DNA of 64,000 nucleotides from Felis catus (lineage: Eukaryota), in contig NC_058368.1 of assembly GCF_018350175.1 (NCBI RefSeq), positions 134,480,001 through 134,544,000 on the forward strand, written 5' to 3'. Under the pieces are notes generated by a model. That model made no database searches and was not told the origin of the DNA. It saw nothing but the letters and a program-made list of their open reading frames with translations. Of this stretch, positions 60,644 through 64,000 are shown in pieces. The position numbers and the translations under genes are program-made. Positions within the stretch are counted from its first letter, which is position 1, and the number at the start of each line of letters is the position of its first letter.

Positions 60644-61538
60644 CATAAGACTTTGGATTGCGAGGAACTAGTTGTGTGAGCGTTTCGCAAGACGAGCAAA
60701 CGTTTCTGATAAATTTTAACCTGATAAACGAGCACTGTCTTGCAGTATGGCGAGTATGTGACACCGAACGTCACATGATCACAGCTGAGTCACTGGTCTT
60801 CCCTCTCTCCCTCCCTCACTCTCTGTCTCTCTCTGTTTCTCTCTCTCACTCTCTCTGTCTCATTGTGGGATTGTGGGTGATCGTCTCCCATGCTCGAATG
60901 CTCAGTCTCAGGCCACGATGTTTGGCAGAAATCAGTGATTTTTCCAAATGTTGGAAGGTGCCCACAACTGGCACCAGTGTATTTTTTGTTACTTCAAAGC
61001 ACCTATGGACGGTCCTTTGCTTTTCCAGATAAGAGTAAGCTTAGGAATGCTTTGCTTAAGAGTAAGCTTAGGAATGCTTTGCTTCATTCTAGGTCAGGCT
61101 GCCTGCAGATATAGACCCTTTCCTCGGCTGTCTTATTGCCAGTTACATTAGCTACAGTATATGATAAGAGTTTATTAATACCGTATTGTAGCCAACACCT
61201 GTGCGAATATATACGATGTCCCCCATGCAGAAAGATTCCACTGAGCCAATAGATGACAATGATTCCACTAGTCCTCTCTTTTGTCTCCCTTATAAGGCCA
61301 CAAAGGTTTTCAAAGATACGTACTGGTTATTTTGTTTATTTATCTTTATATTTTGTATTTGATTATTTTGTCTTATATTACAGTATTATAATCATTTTAT
61401 ATGAATATTTTTGGGTTGTGGAACTAGTCATCTGAGTTTCCATTATTTCTTATGGGGAAATTCATTTTGACATAGAAACGCTTTGGATTACAAGCATGTT
61501 TCTGGACCAAAGTATGCTCACAAACCAAGATTTTACTG
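60644..61538 (-). mobile_element. Non-autonomous TcMar/Tigger(pogo)-like DNA transposon, longer relative of 17787-18033
   Basis: TA at 60642-43 and 61539-40; TIRs cataagactttggattgcgag ... ctcacaaaccaagattttactg; no transposase ORF seen; strand given relative to the short copy. Confidence 0.88.
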
Positions 61539-62040
61539 TATAGCTTCTCCGTGGTCCTGAACATCTGCAGAGGGCACGAGCAGGAAAGGCTCACAAGGGA
61601 GAACGGGAAGGGAATGCTGACCCAGGCTGGGACTGTGGTGTTCCTGCAGCTCCGTGGCTTGGCTCCTGACCGGCCTTCTGTCCTACACTCCGCAAGTCTG
61701 CAGCCCTGTGAACTGCACACAGCGCTCCTTTCTCTGCAAGCTCCACCTTAGGCTCTTCTCACAGGGGTCTAAGGGAGGGGTGCAGGGTTCGGGGAGGGGC
61801 CGGCTCTGTCTTCTGTGCTTCTTGTCTCTGTAGCATCACTTCTTACCCAGGAGCAGTAGTCTCATGGTAGCTCTTATTCAGAAGACTAACTTCAGTTCCC
61901 ATGGCCCCTCCTCCAAGTCTCTAAACTTTAAAATACCAACATTTCCCCTTATTCCTCATCCCTGAATGTAATAGCTTCCCCTACAGTACTGCCTGGGTGA
62001 CGGCCCCGGATCTTCTTTCTCCCTCTTAGCTTCTCTAATA

Positions 62041-63320
62041 TAGACAGTGCTTGCTCTCTGCAGAGTCCCCCTAGGCCTGGATTTTAGCTACCACAGTTTA
62101 GTTAAATGCATCAATCCCCTAACAACGCAAATTTTACTTACCCTGGTATATTAACTGTGAGTAATCACAACAAAGATATACTTCATTCCTAGCCCTTTAG
62201 TCTGCATGTTACTATGTAAGCAACAGATGTACATCATGATCAGTGACCAATCATGTCGTTTATTTCCAGAACCCCCTGGATGATTACTGTGCATCTGTTA
62301 TTCAGTCCACACACACAAATAGCAAAATACGTGGTGGTGCTGGCTCCCTGTTTCCCAGGGGTAAACCCACGTAACATTTTACGAAAACAGGTCTGGGAAA
62401 GAGGGAACTGGCCAGTAAAGATGAAAAGGCAACAAAGAAACAAAACTTGGTACCTCTAGCAGTGAAATTCAAATGAAATATAAATGGAGTTAAGGAAGAA
62501 ATAGCTGACCATTGAGGAACATTGGCATTGCTGTCCTTTGAGGGACTGTGGATATGTGGCCAGACGAAGTTAATGAGACAAGCTTACCAACACAAATGAG
62601 AAAAGTGTATTTGGCTTAAAGAATAAAGATGTCCCAGAGGAAGGGACCCTGGCAAGACACTTCACAGTAAAGAATTTTAGGAGATTTTTTTTTATGACAT
62701 TGGAAGTTGAGAGCTGATCCAGACTCAGGAAGGAGTATGACAATTTGCCAAGGCACAGAAAAGATGCTTGCTCAGGAGAATAAATTATAGGACCAAAAGA
62801 AGCGAGCACTGTTCGAATCATTCTTAGGTTTTTCAAAAATAGAAAAGACCTCATACCTCCATATTTCTAATGCCTTACATTATACTTTAGTAAATAAATA
62901 TTTTACTCCACTTTTCATTTCCTTACATATTTGTAACAGACAAGAGGTTTTTTTTTATTTTTTTTTAACGTTTATTTATTTTTGAGACAGAGAGAGACAG
63001 AGCATGAACGGGGGAGGGTCAGAGAGAGGGAGACACAGAATCCGAAGCAGGCTCCAGGCTCTGAGTGGTCAGCACAGAGCCCGACGCGGGGCTCGAACTC
63101 ACAAACCGTGAGATCATGACCTGAGCCGAAGTCGGACGCCCAACCGACTGAACCACCCAGGCGCCCCCAGATAAGAGTTTTTAATACTTTAATGAAGATT
63201 TCTAAAGTTCATAGCACAATTACAATTTTTCTCATTGATTATTGACATTTTTCTGCATGGTTGCGGCTCGCGTCATTATTTTTGTAATCCCCGACTACCA
63301 CACAGAGCAAACACTGCTTG
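62041..63320. mobile_element. Old Tigger-like DNA transposon (Tigger6/13-like) interrupted by a SINE
   Basis: Imperfect TIRs tagacagtgcttgctct ... agagcaaacactgcttg flanked by TA; degraded purine-rich transposase-like interior. Confidence 0.75.
62948..63167 (-). mobile_element. Can-SINE (SINEC_Fc-like)
   Basis: CpG-rich SINE; TSD-like caga(c/t)aagag on both flanks. Confidence 0.96.
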
Positions 63321-63459
63321 TATCCGGTTCATAATTCTTTGTAGTAAATTCTGTCTATGTAAGGTGTGGATTCTGTTCTTTGACTGCTGGACAGATATAC
63401 CAGCCTATTAGAAATCCTTCTGTCTCCTGACATTTTCCTGCCTTTTCACTGTGAGTTAG

Positions 63460-63650
63460 TAGGAAAGAGCCGTGGATGAAAAGACATGTTGAAACCTAAG
63501 TTCTATTGGTTTCCTGCACATAAGTCATTTATCCTCTCTGAATTCCCATTGCCTCACATAAAAATAAAATAGACAATAAAATCAGATACCATAAAATTTG
63601 TTGTGAGAATCCAATGACACATATGGGTGAAAGGTACATATATTATTAGT
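63460..63650 (+). mobile_element. MIR
   Basis: ataagtcatttatcctctctgaattcccattgcctcac...ttgttgtgagaat. Confidence 0.7.
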
Positions 63651-63657
63651 AAGGTAC

Positions 63658-64000
63658 TGAGGTAGGCTGATAATTTCCAAAAAATGTCCGTATCTTAATC
63701 CCCAGAACCTGTGCTTATAACTGTACATGGCACAGGGGACTTTACAGATGTGAGTAGCTAAGGATATCAAGATGGGAAGATTATTCTGAATTATCTGGGT
63801 GGGTCTTAGATAGAATCATAAATGTTTCTACAAGAAGGCTAAGTAGAAGGATTTGACTATAAAAGAGGAGAAGATGATCTAACACAGGAAGCAGACCCTG
63901 GAGCGATGTGCTTTGAAGACAGAAAAAGTGGCCACAGGCCAAGAAATACAAATGACCACTAACGGCTGAAAAAAGCAAGGGAATAGAGTCTTCCCCAAAA
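63658..64000 (+). mobile_element. MaLR LTR (MLT1D-like), runs off the window
   Basis: ttaatccccagaacctgtg...gggactttacagatgtg...agatgggaagattattctgaattatctgggtgggtc. Confidence 0.88.

Noticed and set aside
61560..62030. Possible old ERVL LTR
   Set aside because: Suggestive only; boundaries and family not supportable by eye
1..64000. A novel multi-gene biological system
   Set aside because: No recognisable host coding exons, operon-like structure, RNA genes or CpG-island promoter; content is dominated by known classes of mammalian repeats

Overview
Repeat-rich eutherian nuclear DNA, almost certainly from a felid. It carries 26 near-full-length tRNA-derived Can-SINEs of the SINEC_Fc type (plus 2 fragments) and a young felid-type L1 3' end. 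I recognise no host protein-coding exon, RNA gene, CpG island or CRISPR array, so the window looks intergenic or deeply intronic. The supplied ORFs are best explained as SINE/L1 read-throughs, low-complexity sequence or chance. A nested pile-up of old L1s and SINEs occupies about 13.9-29.9 kb; MIR, L2, MaLR/ERVL LTRs and hAT/TcMar DNA transposon remnants are scattered elsewhere. Family names come from recalled consensus similarity, not a database search. I found no supportable new multi-gene system. The best leads are: a related pair of TA-flanked TIR elements (247 bp and 895 bp) that look young for mammalian DNA transposons; an ~845 bp non-repeat segment ending in poly(A) between 15-bp direct repeats (possible orphan retroposition); a young L1 with a possible 3' transduction; very young and nested SINEs; micro-scale template-switch-like scars; palindromic motif clusters; and a few candidate non-coding exons.
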